A stretch of 63,086 nucleotides of DNA, the filler included, from an uncultured Candidatus Sumerlaeota bacterium (lineage in GTDB: Bacteria; CAYMEV01): NCBI GenBank assembly GCA_964389675.1. It is 4 parts of 4 records of this genome, joined end to end, with 100 filler letters (N's around TTAATTAATTAA, not from the genome) between each part and the next. Parts side by side here need not be neighbours in the genome. Positions count along the whole stretch, not along the records: positions 1 to 27,216 come from CAYMEV010000006.1; positions 27,317 to 34,861 come from CAYMEV010000012.1; 2 more parts are not named here. The stretch is one strand, 5' to 3'. How positions within the stretch are numbered: position 1 is the first letter of the stretch; every line of letters starts with the position of its first letter. The position numbers were made by a program, and so were the translations under genes. The notes beneath the pieces are model-generated. The model did not search any database and was not told the origin of the DNA. It was given only the letters and a program-made list of their open reading frames with translations. Positions 19,796-30,094 of the stretch are shown in pieces.

Positions 19796-20725
19796 TTAAT
19801 TGTTCCTGAGGTTATATGCATCTCTGTCATCTCTAAAATATGGTTCGGTATGAACTGTGATAAAAGTATCAGGCCCAAAATCTGATCTTATTTTTCTTTC
19901 CACATCGGATGCAATATTATGGGCATGAACGATATTAAGGTCCTTATCTACCAGAATATGCAATTCTACAGCTATATTATTGCCAATCTTCCTTGTTTTG
20001 AGCTTATGCATTCCTATTACTCCATCCGCTGACAGGACTGCCATACGTATTTTCTCGATATCATCCGCAGGAATTGACTTTTCAAGAAGCTCATTTATAG
20101 CATTAAGCACAATATTAACAGAAACCTTTATTACGAAAAGGCTTACTATAATTGCCGATAATGGGTCAAGTATGTAAAAGCTATCCCCAAGGAGGAATAT
20201 TGATCCGATTCCTATAAAGACTGCTAATGATGATAATACATCTGTACGGTGATGCCATGCATTTGCTATAAGCACCTGGCTTTTAAGCTTTTTGCCGTAG
20301 AATGATGTAAGCCTGTACATCCATTCCTTTATAATAATGGAAAGCAATACTGCAGACAGCACAATTAATCTTGGAGATTCAACATCCTTACCGCTTAATA
20401 TTGCTGAAAACTTCATTACAGATGTATAACCAATCCCCATTCCTGCTGCAAATATCAGCAGTCCGATTATAGCTGCTGCAAGTGTTTCAAATTTTCCATG
20501 TCCGTAGTGATGAGAATCATCCTGCGGCTTTTGGGATATTTTAAGGCCCATTATCGCAACAATATCGCTTATTGTATCTGATAATGTGTGGATGCCGTCA
20601 GCTACAACAGCTATGCTCATACCAGCAGAACCGGCAACTATTTTTATCACAGCCAAAGCAATATTAAACCACAACCCAAGAAGTGTAATCCTTATTGCCC
20701 TGGTATTTTTGTGAGTATCCAGCAT
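19796..20725 (-). CDS. Cation diffusion facilitator transporter
   Basis: DGIHTLSD, HHYGHGKFE, WHHRTD, VHTEP. Confidence 0.92.
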   Translation of the reverse strand: MLDTHKNTRAIRITLLGLWFNIALAVIKIVAGSAGMSIAVVADGIHTLSDTISDIVAIMGLKISQKPQDDSHHYGHGKFETLAAAIIGLLIFAAGMGIGYTSVMKFSAILSGKDVESPRLIVLSAVLLSIIIKEWMYRLTSFYGKKLKSQVLIANAWHHRTDVLSSLAVFIGIGSIFLLGDSFYILDPLSAIIVSLFVIKVSVNIVLNAINELLEKSIPADDIEKIRMAVLSADGVIGMHKLKTRKIGNNIAVELHILVDKDLNIVHAHNIASDVERKIRSDFGPDTFITVHTEPYFRDDRDAYNLRNN

Positions 20726-20732
20726 TAAAAGA

Positions 20733-22019
20733 TCATTTATATCTCATCCATTTTATAATATCCTTGAAATTTGCCTTCTTTCCATACATCAGAATACCTA
20801 CTCTGTAGATCTTTGAAGCGATGAAAGTTGATATAATGATTGCCAGGACCAATAGCGCTATTGAAAGGAGTATCTGCCATAGGGGAGGCTGCATAACAGT
20901 AATCCTCAGGAACATCAGGATAGGTGCAAAGAATGGAAATAAAGACAATATCACGGATATAGTGCTGTCAGGACTCTGGATTACCATCGGCATCAGCAGC
21001 ATAGGTACCACAAGGAACATGACCAGAGGTGTCTGTATGGAATTAGCCTCCTGCTCATTATCCACCATTGAACCAATAGCCGCATAAAGAGTCGAATAAA
21101 GAAAATATCCGAGGATGAAGAAAATGACGAAATATAAAAAGACTGAGAAGGGAATGTTAATCATATCTGCTGATAATGGTGATTCTTCTCCAGCAAAACC
21201 CATTTTACCCGAAAAGCTTGTTATGTTATTGAAAAAGAAATAACCCAGCAGCAGCCATACAACATATTGTGTAAGCCCTACCAGTCCAATTCCCAGAACT
21301 TTGCCCATAAGCAGCTGGAAAGGCTTGACATTTGATATCACAACCTCAATTACTCTTGAGGTCTTTTCCTGTATAACCCCTCTTAACACTGAAACCCCGT
21401 ACATCAGGATAGTCATATAGATAAGAAGCATGAATACATAACTGATTATAAATCCCTGTCCTTTATCTAAAGTTTCACCTTCTTTTGTCACCTTTATAAC
21501 CTGAAAATCAATATTTTTCAGGTTCTTTTCAAGTATTCCCTCGTCAATATCCAGGGCCTTGAATCTATTAACAAGTACAATCCTGTTGACAGTATCCCGC
21601 AAAATCTTCTGTGTACTGAAATTAGCAACATTTTTCGAATAGTATGAGATATTTCCGTTTTCAAGTATGTCCTTCTCAACAAGGATAAAACCATCCAGCT
21701 CCCTTGAGAGAACCCTTTCTTTCAGTTTTTCAAGCCCTTCCACCTGCTCATAGAGGTTATATTTTTCCTTATACAGCTCATATCCAGGTTTGAGGCTGTC
21801 ATCTTCCAATTGTTTCTTAAGTTCTTCATAGATTGAAAGGTCAGTATTATCAACAACTGCTATCTTTTCCGGCTTGCCTGTCTTAAATTGCGTTAAAAGC
21901 ATAGGGACAAGAAGTATGCCGGCCATAAGCAACGGGGTCAGGAGCGTAGAAATAATAAATAATTTGGTTTTAACAATCTGCAGGTATTCCCTTTGCAGTA
22001 CAAGCAGTATCTTATTCAT
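20733..22019 (-). CDS. ABC-2 type exporter permease (NatB/YhaP-like)
   Basis: EKTSRVIE, GKVLG, YRVGILMYGK; multiple TM helices. Confidence 0.88.
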   Translation of the reverse strand: MNKILLVLQREYLQIVKTKLFIISTLLTPLLMAGILLVPMLLTQFKTGKPEKIAVVDNTDLSIYEELKKQLEDDSLKPGYELYKEKYNLYEQVEGLEKLKERVLSRELDGFILVEKDILENGNISYYSKNVANFSTQKILRDTVNRIVLVNRFKALDIDEGILEKNLKNIDFQVIKVTKEGETLDKGQGFIISYVFMLLIYMTILMYGVSVLRGVIQEKTSRVIEVVISNVKPFQLLMGKVLGIGLVGLTQYVVWLLLGYFFFNNITSFSGKMGFAGEESPLSADMINIPFSVFLYFVIFFILGYFLYSTLYAAIGSMVDNEQEANSIQTPLVMFLVVPMLLMPMVIQSPDSTISVILSLFPFFAPILMFLRITVMQPPLWQILLSIALLVLAIIISTFIASKIYRVGILMYGKKANFKDIIKWMRYK

Positions 22020-22917
22020 TTTCCCCCTCCACTACGTTGATAAAGATATCATTAAGTGATGGTTCGTAAATCTCAAACCTGCTTATATTATTTTCCCTGA
22101 CAATCTCAGACAGTATCTTATTCATATCCGCATCATTCTTGAGATATACCTCCACACAGCCGTCTTTCTTCCTTACCTCTTCCACAGATTCATGCTTGTC
22201 CAGGTTGATGGCCTTATCCTCCTCCAAAAATATCCTGAATGCATTCTTCCTGAATTTTTTCTTTATTTCCCGGAGCCTGCCGTCAAGTATATTTTTCCCT
22301 TTATTGATAAGAAGAATATTATCGCATAATTTCTCAACCTGTTCCATTATATGAGTGGAGAAGATTATAGATTTGCCATTATTTTTCATCTCAAGTATAA
22401 TATCCTTGATCATTTTTGTATTAATAGGGTCAAGCCCAGTGAAAGGTTCATCAAGAATAATAAGATCAGGATCATTTATCACAGTTGTAATAAATTGTAT
22501 CTTCTGCTGCATTCCCCTTGAAAGGTCCTGTATCTTGTTCATTTTCCATTTTTCAAGGTCTAGCCTCTTAAGCCAGTATTCAGCCTTCTGGACAGCAGAA
22601 ACCCTTTCCAGGCCCTTAAGCCTGCCGAAGAATGTAAGCACATCAAGAATCTTCATCTTCGGATATAGGCCGCGTTCTTCAGGCAGATAGCCTATATTAT
22701 GCAGGGCTTTAATGGTAATTTTATCACCATTAAAAAGGATTTCCCCGTTGTCGGGAAGTATAATGGTCATAATCATCCTTATGGTCGTAGTTTTGCCAGC
22801 ACCATTAGGGCCGAGCAGGCCGAATATGCTTCCCTTTTCTGTTGCAAAAGTCAGGGAATCAACAGCTTTGAAACTGCCATAAGACTTTGTAACATCAGAT
22901 AACTCTAGAACATTCAT
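22012..22917 (-). CDS. ABC transporter ATP-binding protein
   Basis: GPNGAGKTT, GYLPEERGLY, LSRGMQQK, ILDEPF, STH. Confidence 0.93.
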   Translation of the reverse strand: MNVLELSDVTKSYGSFKAVDSLTFATEKGSIFGLLGPNGAGKTTTIRMIMTIILPDNGEILFNGDKITIKALHNIGYLPEERGLYPKMKILDVLTFFGRLKGLERVSAVQKAEYWLKRLDLEKWKMNKIQDLSRGMQQKIQFITTVINDPDLIILDEPFTGLDPINTKMIKDIILEMKNNGKSIIFSTHIMEQVEKLCDNILLINKGKNILDGRLREIKKKFRKNAFRIFLEEDKAINLDKHESVEEVRKKDGCVEVYLKNDADMNKILSEIVRENNISRFEIYEPSLNDIFINVVEGENE

Positions 22918-23102
22918 TCATTTTTATACCTCTTTGAAAAATTAAGTTGATTATAACCTAGTTATACGACAATATAAAATAAATGTTTATAAAATATAGA
23001 AATGTTTAATTATTACATATAAAAATATAATTTTCTTGAAAATTTGAAAATTTTATGGATAATTATTAACAAACTGGAAATAATATATATAATTAGGGCT
23101 TT

Positions 23103-24140
23103 ATGTCTATGGAAAAAAATATGGATTTCAGTATTCTTTCAATGGAAAGCTTTAAGGACCTTAACAAGGTACTTCTGCTGGATGATGACAGGGATTTCCT
23201 GCATTCACTGGGTTCCCTGCTGAAACTCAAGGGATATTCTATTTCCGAATTTACACAGGTTGAAGAGGCAATTGACGAATTTGCAAGATCCCCTTATCCT
23301 ATAAATATTATTGATTACAGACTGAGAGATGGTAATGGAAATATAGATACCCTGGGAATTGATGTATTGAAAAATCTTAAAATAATTGAGCCACTCAGTG
23401 AAATAATACTTATTACAGCATATGGAGAGCTTAACGTAGCAATTAAAGCTCTTGAGGAAGGGGCATCAGATTTTCTTCTGAAGCCTTTTAATACCGATGC
23501 TCTGATAGTAGCAATTGAAAGAGCAAAAGACAGGCTTAATAAAAATATGTCACTGATGTATTATACCAAGAAGCTTAAGGATGAAGTTACAAAAAGAACA
23601 ATTGAGCTTGAGATAACAAATAAGAAGCTTCTTCAGCTGAGCCTGACAGACGAGCTTACAGGAGTGCTGAACTACAGGGCATTTGACGAACGGATCAAGA
23701 AGGAATTTATAAGATCAAAGAGGTTCAGAAGACACCTTGCACTTGTCATGTTCGACATTGACAACTTCAAGGGATTTAATGACAGCTTAGGACATTTGGA
23801 GGGGAATAAGCTGCTGCAGAAAATGGCAATCATATTTAAGAACAAGATAAGAAAGGATATAGACATAGTATTTCGCTATGGGGGCGATGAATTTGTAATT
23901 TTGCTCCCTGAATCAGATGTAACAGGAGCCTATAAGGCTGCTGAAAGGATAAAATATTTCGTGGAATTTTCCCTTGAAGGAATTACCCTGAGCGGTGGGA
24001 TATCAAGCCTTATCGAGAATAACCCCGGAGATGTTAATTCCTTTATCAATATGGCTGACACTGCCCTTTACAGGTCAAAGACCTTAAAAAACACAATAAC
24101 AGTATACTCAAAGAGCCTGGAGAGTCCTAAAAAGGAATAA
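23103..24140 (+). CDS. Response-regulator diguanylate cyclase (REC-GGDEF)
   Basis: REC domain (LLDDD, IIDY, KPF), then DELTG, DIDNFK, RYGGDEF. Confidence 0.9.
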   Translation: MSMEKNMDFSILSMESFKDLNKVLLLDDDRDFLHSLGSLLKLKGYSISEFTQVEEAIDEFARSPYPINIIDYRLRDGNGNIDTLGIDVLKNLKIIEPLSEIILITAYGELNVAIKALEEGASDFLLKPFNTDALIVAIERAKDRLNKNMSLMYYTKKLKDEVTKRTIELEITNKKLLQLSLTDELTGVLNYRAFDERIKKEFIRSKRFRRHLALVMFDIDNFKGFNDSLGHLEGNKLLQKMAIIFKNKIRKDIDIVFRYGGDEFVILLPESDVTGAYKAAERIKYFVEFSLEGITLSGGISSLIENNPGDVNSFINMADTALYRSKTLKNTITVYSKSLESPKKE

Positions 24141-24158
24141 TAGAACCCCCCTTTTTTG

Positions 24159-25607
24159 CTAATCCAGCTCAATTATTTCTGCAGCAATACCCTTTTCAGT
24201 AAACTGAGGTAGTATAATATCCTTGTTTCCAACAATAACTGTTATAAATCTATCCGGATAGGTATATTCATTAAAGACTTTCTGGGCTATATCCTCATTA
24301 AGGCTGTTATATTCTGAAATATATTCATTGATATAATTATCTGAACGCCCCATAAATTCCTTATTAAAAAGGATATAAAACAGAAGATTGCTCATATTTA
24401 CATAATATTTCGGAAATGTGCCATTCAGCCTGTTTACTTCATCAAAAAGCTCCCCTTCTGTAATAGGCCTGTCCCCGCTTTTAATCCTTTCCATTTCTTC
24501 CTTTATTATCTCAACAGAATGAAGTACATTTTCGCTCTTGACCTGTGTGCTTACAACATACTCCCCTGCAAACAGATTATGGCCGGCAAATGAATACACA
24601 GAATATACATAGCCTTTCTCAGTCCTGAGGTTATCTACCAGCCTTGAGCTGAAACCTCCCCCACCATACACCCTGTTTGCAAAGCTGAATTTTGTATCAT
24701 CACTGAAACTGCTGTCAAAAAAATCATATCCCATCTTGATCCTCGCACCTGTTGCATCTGGCTTATTGACTATGACTACCTTGCCATAATTGCTGTTTTC
24801 GCCAGGGACAGGCTTTTTAAGCTCCTTCTCTATGGCTTCCCACGCATTAAAGTGTTTTTCCAGCAACATAATCATTTCTTCTGGTACAAAGTCCCCGCAT
24901 ACAGCTATAGCTGTCAGATTAGGTAGAATAGAATCCTGATAGCAGCTCTTAAGATTCTCTCTTGTAAGATTATCCCTCGTTTTCAAAAGAAGATCAATGT
25001 CCTTTTCAAAGGAATATGGGTGATCGGGGAATACAAGCGGGTAGAAATAGCTGTCCAGAAGGCTTTGGTCCTGTGTCTTTGCCTGCATAAGCGAATTCTG
25101 GTATGTCTGCATAAGCCTGTCATAATACGGGCCATCAAAATCAGGTTTCAGGAGGGTCTGCGACATCAGATTAATGAGGTGGTCATAATCATCAGCCAGC
25201 GAATTGCCTGAAATGTATATATAATCCCTTTCAGTTCTCATGTCGAAACTCAGCCCATGCAATCCCTTATACCTTGCATATTGCTCCTCATCCATTTCCT
25301 GAGTACCTGTAAGCATCATACCAAGCATCATATCTGTAATCCCTGCATTCTGGGCCTGCTCCTGAGAGAGGCCACCCCTGATAAAACCCGAAATTTCCAC
25401 AACAGGGTATTGATTATCAACTGAAAGCAGCACTACCATGCCATTATCAAGCTCCACCCTGGTAAAGTCAGGGACCTGTATGGAAGGTACCTTGTTTGTC
25501 CCGCCGGAAAGCTTCTCAAAAAGCTCTTTATTAAATTCAACCTCTGAATAGGCATAAATCCCTGCAAAAATAGTTAAAATTAAGAATAAGCATATTTTCT
25601 TTTTCAT
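24159..25607 (-). CDS. M16 peptidase-like subunit lacking HXXEH (non-catalytic partner)
   Basis: LDNGM, GGGFSSRL..NLR..KGY.Y; signal peptide; no zinc motif. Confidence 0.82.
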   Translation of the reverse strand: MKKKICLFLILTIFAGIYAYSEVEFNKELFEKLSGGTNKVPSIQVPDFTRVELDNGMVVLLSVDNQYPVVEISGFIRGGLSQEQAQNAGITDMMLGMMLTGTQEMDEEQYARYKGLHGLSFDMRTERDYIYISGNSLADDYDHLINLMSQTLLKPDFDGPYYDRLMQTYQNSLMQAKTQDQSLLDSYFYPLVFPDHPYSFEKDIDLLLKTRDNLTRENLKSCYQDSILPNLTAIAVCGDFVPEEMIMLLEKHFNAWEAIEKELKKPVPGENSNYGKVVIVNKPDATGARIKMGYDFFDSSFSDDTKFSFANRVYGGGGFSSRLVDNLRTEKGYVYSVYSFAGHNLFAGEYVVSTQVKSENVLHSVEIIKEEMERIKSGDRPITEGELFDEVNRLNGTFPKYYVNMSNLLFYILFNKEFMGRSDNYINEYISEYNSLNEDIAQKVFNEYTYPDRFITVIVGNKDIILPQFTEKGIAAEIIELD

Positions 25608-27004
25608 AGGTTTTCCCCCTCTGAATTAACCTTTTTAGGGACAATATAAGCAAGGGTTCTTCCAGATTCAGTAAAATATTGCTCTGCAACCCTTATTATA
25701 TCATCCTTGGCAAGGTTTTTATATCTTTTGATCTCAGTCTTGGCAAAATCAGGGTCCTGGTATTTTACTGTATTCATACCTATAGTCCTTGCAAGCATTC
25801 CCATCCTCTTCTGGGAGAATATCTCCCTCTTAATGATACTTTTCTTTACTATCTCCAGCTCATCATCCTCAATACCGTTTTCAATAATATTCCTTATTTC
25901 AGCATCAAATGCGTCCCTGACCATATCCATCATTTTTTCATCCATTGTAACGATATTGCCAAATACATAGCCCGGGCACCTTAAAGTCATGGCATATGCC
26001 ATTCCACCCAAAATGATCCTTGCCTGGTTCTTCAGTTTCTTGTTCACCCTTGAATTTGCATCATTAACAAGAATATCCAGAAATGCCTTTATTGCTGGTA
26101 TATCAGGATGATTACCTTCAGGAATCTTATATACCATTGCTATCATCGGCAGCTTTGTTGTTTTCTCAATCCTCATAAATCTCTCTTCCGTTTGCGGAGG
26201 TTCATTTGATACATATCTGTCAATATCCTGCGGCTCATAGTCGCCAAAATATTTTTTAACAAGGCTTAGTACCTCTTCTGGGTCTGCATCACCGGATACT
26301 ACTATTACAGCATTATTTGGCGAATAGAACTGCTTATAATGCTTTTTCATATCCTCGACGGTAATGGATTCAATATCTTCCATCCAGCCAATGATGCCGT
26401 GATTCAGAGATCCTTCCCTGAAGGCTTCTCCCATAAGCTCTTCAAATACTGAGGACCACAGATTGTTCTCGACAGTCTGTCTCCTTTCCTGTATTACTAC
26501 CTGTCTTTCCCTTTCAAACTCATCGGGATCAATACGTAGATTACCCATTCTGTCAGCCTCAATAGCCACAAGGAGCTCTAACTTGGATGAAGGGACTTCT
26601 GCAAAATATGTCGTAAAATCATATGAGGTTGCTGCATTATTTGAACCTCCGACATCCCTTACAAGATCAAAGACCTCTTCCTTTCCAAGAGAATCTGTCC
26701 CCAGAAACATCACGTGTTCCAGAAAATGTGAAATCCCGGAAATGCCACTCTTTTCATCAATAGAACCTACATTGTATGTTACTGAAAATGTCACCAGAGG
26801 AACCCTGTGATCTTCAACAATAAAGATTCTTATACCGTTTGGAAGCTTAAAATAACTGTAATCCTCAGCATTTTCATTATCAATGGCCTGCATATCCGTG
26901 GTCTCTGTGACATTTACAGCTTTTGGAGCTGTACATGAGACTGCAAATACCAGAATGCCGCATAAAATAAATAAAACAGCCTTTACTGAATATCTTGTTT
27001 TCAT
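25604..27004 (-). CDS. M16 zinc peptidase, catalytic subunit, probable lipoprotein
   Basis: HFLEH, NAATSYD, ERQVVIQER; lipobox-like AVSC. Confidence 0.9.
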   Translation of the reverse strand: MKTRYSVKAVLFILCGILVFAVSCTAPKAVNVTETTDMQAIDNENAEDYSYFKLPNGIRIFIVEDHRVPLVTFSVTYNVGSIDEKSGISGISHFLEHVMFLGTDSLGKEEVFDLVRDVGGSNNAATSYDFTTYFAEVPSSKLELLVAIEADRMGNLRIDPDEFERERQVVIQERRQTVENNLWSSVFEELMGEAFREGSLNHGIIGWMEDIESITVEDMKKHYKQFYSPNNAVIVVSGDADPEEVLSLVKKYFGDYEPQDIDRYVSNEPPQTEERFMRIEKTTKLPMIAMVYKIPEGNHPDIPAIKAFLDILVNDANSRVNKKLKNQARIILGGMAYAMTLRCPGYVFGNIVTMDEKMMDMVRDAFDAEIRNIIENGIEDDELEIVKKSIIKREIFSQKRMGMLARTIGMNTVKYQDPDFAKTEIKRYKNLAKDDIIRVAEQYFTESGRTLAYIVPKKVNSEGENL

Positions 27005-27216
27005 CCGCTACCTCCTTGCTTTTTCTGGAATAGATAAATTAAAATATATATCTGGTGTCAATATATCTACGATATGAAATCTAAATTGTTTATAGAAATA
27101 AAATAAGATTTAAAAATTGTTGATTTTAAAAATTAATTCTATAAAAACACTCAAAATTATAATTTAAGGAAGATAAAAACCATGAAATTATTTATACAAT
27201 TCGGAATACTAAGAAG

Positions 27217-27316
27217 NNNNNNNNNNNNNNNNNNNNNNNNNNNNNNNNNNNNNNNNNNNNTTAATTAATTAANNNNNNNNNNNNNNNNNNNNNNNNNNNN
27301 NNNNNNNNNNNNNNNN
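27217..27316. other. Artificial contig linker
   Basis: 44 N + TTAATTAATTAA + 44 N; stops in all six frames. Confidence 0.97.
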
Positions 27317-29203
27317 ATGAAGGAGCTGTATGATGCATTTTTTGTATCAAGGCTGGCTTTCAAGAGGCTGGATAAATCATTCTCTCTGCTTGCTCAGGAG
27401 AATGCAGATAATATAAGGTGGACATTCAGAATGAACAAATATTACCTGATACCCCTTATATTTGTAATTATATTCCTGTCCATGGTTTTATTCTACCAGA
27501 ATAAGGTTGTTAATAAAAAGATAGAGGACCTGAACGAGTATATTCTTTCATATGAGATCGGCAGGGCTGTGGAGAAAAAGGAATACCCGTATGATGATGA
27601 ATTCGTTTCCATTGTTGCTTCATACAAAAAGATAATAAAGACGGCAAAACAGTATATTTTCGAGGTTGAATACCTCAGAAGCTATTTGATGAATATAATA
27701 GATTCAATGCCTTCCATGCTTGTTTCCATTGATAAGAACGGCGTAACGACACAGATAAACAAATGCTCTGAGAAGTACATCGGCATATCAAGGTATGATA
27801 TGCTCGGTAAACAGTTCTGGGCCCTGAATACACCTTTCAATAAGTTCAGGAGGGATTGTGACGATATTATTATCTCAGGGTCTGATCACAAGATTTTCAA
27901 AAGCAATCATTTTTACGGGAGATACTGGGATGTTCATATCTTTCCTATTATCCAGAAGGAATTGCTTGGCATTGTGATAAGGGCAGATGATATTACAGAA
28001 AAGGAAAAGACAGAGCAGTCTTTAAGGAGAGCACAGCAGATGGAGCTTATCGGGACCATGGCAGGAGGCCTAGCCCATGATTTCAATAATACTTTAAGCG
28101 GTATAATAGGAACCCTCTCTTTAATAAAATTCAAGATAAAGAACAAAATCCTTACCGATATTAATGATCCTGAATTTGTAAATTACCTTGGGATAATTCA
28201 AAATTCAGCAGATAATGCATCAAAGATTGTAAAAAGGCTTCTAGCACTGGCTGAACAGCAGGATGCTGAATTTAAAAATATAGACCTCTTAAAATCAGTT
28301 GATAATGTAATCTCCGTATGCAGAAACACATTTGAGAAAAGCATAAGCATTGAGCTTGATACAAACTGCGGGAATGCATGTATTACCGGCGATTCTATGC
28401 AGATAGAGCAGGTACTTCTCAATATTGCTGTAAATGGCTATCATTCCATGACGATCCAGAGGACTGATGGAGGGACAGGGGGATCTCTGATAATTAAGCT
28501 GGAAAAGATATTCAGTGATGATAAATTCTGTGAAAAGCATCCCAAAGCTGAGAAGGGCTCCTATTTTAAGGTTTCCATCATAGATTCGGGCATCGGGATG
28601 GACCAGCAGACACTTGAAAAGATATTCACACCCTTTTACACAAAAAAGAATAAGGAAAACGGGATTGGCCTGGGACTGTCAATGGTATACAGCATAGTCA
28701 GCAAGCATAATGGCTTTATTGAGGTTTCTTCCGAGATCAACAAGGGTTCCAGGTTTGATCTGTATTTTCCGGAATGCATGTATGCCGATAATGAAGTCGC
28801 TGATATAAAAGATGAGGCTGTTTCCTCCGGTGAGGGGACTATCCTGATAATCGATGATGAGGAGAGCATAAGGCATATAACAGGGGATATCCTGAAGGAA
28901 TGCGGCTATGAAGTAATGCTTGCAAAAAACGGCAATGAAGGAATAGAGATCTATAAGAAACACAGAAAATCCATTGACCTTATTATCATGGATGTAATCA
29001 TGCCTGAGAAGTCCGGTAAGGAGACATATATTGAACTGAAGGAAATAGATAAGGATGTAAAGGTAATAGTAATATCAGGTTTCAAGAAGGATAAGAAAGC
29101 TGAATTTCTTCTGGAACAGGGTTGCATGGCCTTTCTGCAGAAACCTTTCAGTTTTCATGCACTTGCCGATGAGGTTTTCAATGCCATGAATAAAAAAGCA
29201 TGA
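27317..29203 (+). CDS. PAS-domain hybrid histidine kinase (HisKA-HATPase-REC), 5' end cut by the contig edge
   Basis: AHDFNN, NIAVN, DSGIGM, PFYTKK, GIGLGL, REC IIDDE...MDVIMP..KPF. The ORF begins at the first base of the contig. Confidence 0.88.
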   Translation: MKELYDAFFVSRLAFKRLDKSFSLLAQENADNIRWTFRMNKYYLIPLIFVIIFLSMVLFYQNKVVNKKIEDLNEYILSYEIGRAVEKKEYPYDDEFVSIVASYKKIIKTAKQYIFEVEYLRSYLMNIIDSMPSMLVSIDKNGVTTQINKCSEKYIGISRYDMLGKQFWALNTPFNKFRRDCDDIIISGSDHKIFKSNHFYGRYWDVHIFPIIQKELLGIVIRADDITEKEKTEQSLRRAQQMELIGTMAGGLAHDFNNTLSGIIGTLSLIKFKIKNKILTDINDPEFVNYLGIIQNSADNASKIVKRLLALAEQQDAEFKNIDLLKSVDNVISVCRNTFEKSISIELDTNCGNACITGDSMQIEQVLLNIAVNGYHSMTIQRTDGGTGGSLIIKLEKIFSDDKFCEKHPKAEKGSYFKVSIIDSGIGMDQQTLEKIFTPFYTKKNKENGIGLGLSMVYSIVSKHNGFIEVSSEINKGSRFDLYFPECMYADNEVADIKDEAVSSGEGTILIIDDEESIRHITGDILKECGYEVMLAKNGNEGIEIYKKHRKSIDLIIMDVIMPEKSGKETYIELKEIDKDVKVIVISGFKKDKKAEFLLEQGCMAFLQKPFSFHALADEVFNAMNKKA

Positions 29204-29281
29204 TATATTCTGATGGTTTATAATGAGGAACCATCTTTCTGGCAAGAAGATGCCTTCTAATTTTAATATAGCCTGGAATAA

Positions 29282-30094
29282 ATGAGATATATTTATAGAA
29301 AAGCAGCAAAATTCCTTATCCTTTTATTATGTATAATCATTGCTATACTAATATTCTTTGCTTACAGAAAAAGAATAGAAACAAGAGCCAGAAAATTATA
29401 TATATATGCATCAAATTTGTATTTAAGTCATTACCTTAGCATAGAAAAAGAACTTGATAAGAATTTCCCTGACGAAAACAGCCAGAAAGAAAAATATCTG
29501 GAATATAAGCTGCTTTGGGAAAAGAAAGAAAAGATATATAATGAAGCTAGCCAGGTATTTCTGGAGATTCATGGAAGATTTCCTTCAACGATATATGGGG
29601 AAAGATCGCTTTATAACATAGCTTATATGAATTTCCAGAGGAGAAACTACAAGGCTTGTATGAAAATGCTTAAACGTTACATTGAAATGTATAAAGAAAG
29701 CTCCATTTTCTTTATTGCAAGCATAAAGAATTTAGCATGCCTGTATGTTATAACGGGGGATAATGCAAGGGCATATGATTTTATAGACGGATTTATCTCA
29801 AGAGATAATTTCATTCAAGACTTCCCTGCAGAAATATTACTTTTCCAATCAGGACTTTTATTATTTGGGAAGGATTCTGGCAGCGCATCTGAAATATTCA
29901 GGTTTATATATAATGAATATTCTGGGAATAATATTGCAGAGATTGCATCAAAATATATTACTATTGAAAGAAACATCATAAATAATGCAGATAATGAAGC
30001 AGATATTCAGGATATTATTCCTACTAAGTCTGTATTTGAAGATATGGTTTTTGATGAGGTAAAATGCATAGAGGATTTCTTAAGGCCAATATGA
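29282..30094 (+). CDS. Membrane-anchored TPR-like protein
   Basis: N-terminal TM helix; YfiO/TPR-like repeats (FPST.YGERSLYNIAY..F...NY..C...L..YI..Y). Confidence 0.6.
   Translation: MRYIYRKAAKFLILLLCIIIAILIFFAYRKRIETRARKLYIYASNLYLSHYLSIEKELDKNFPDENSQKEKYLEYKLLWEKKEKIYNEASQVFLEIHGRFPSTIYGERSLYNIAYMNFQRRNYKACMKMLKRYIEMYKESSIFFIASIKNLACLYVITGDNARAYDFIDGFISRDNFIQDFPAEILLFQSGLLLFGKDSGSASEIFRFIYNEYSGNNIAEIASKYITIERNIINNADNEADIQDIIPTKSVFEDMVFDEVKCIEDFLRPI

Noticed and set aside
27261-27272. TTAATTAATTAA palindrome repeated three times within N runs
   Set aside because: Synthetic six-frame-stop contig spacer, not biological; synteny across it is not assumed.
673-28963. Many short ORFs overlapping core genes on the opposite strand or in another frame
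   Set aside because: Shadow ORFs of well-supported genes, with no motifs of their own.
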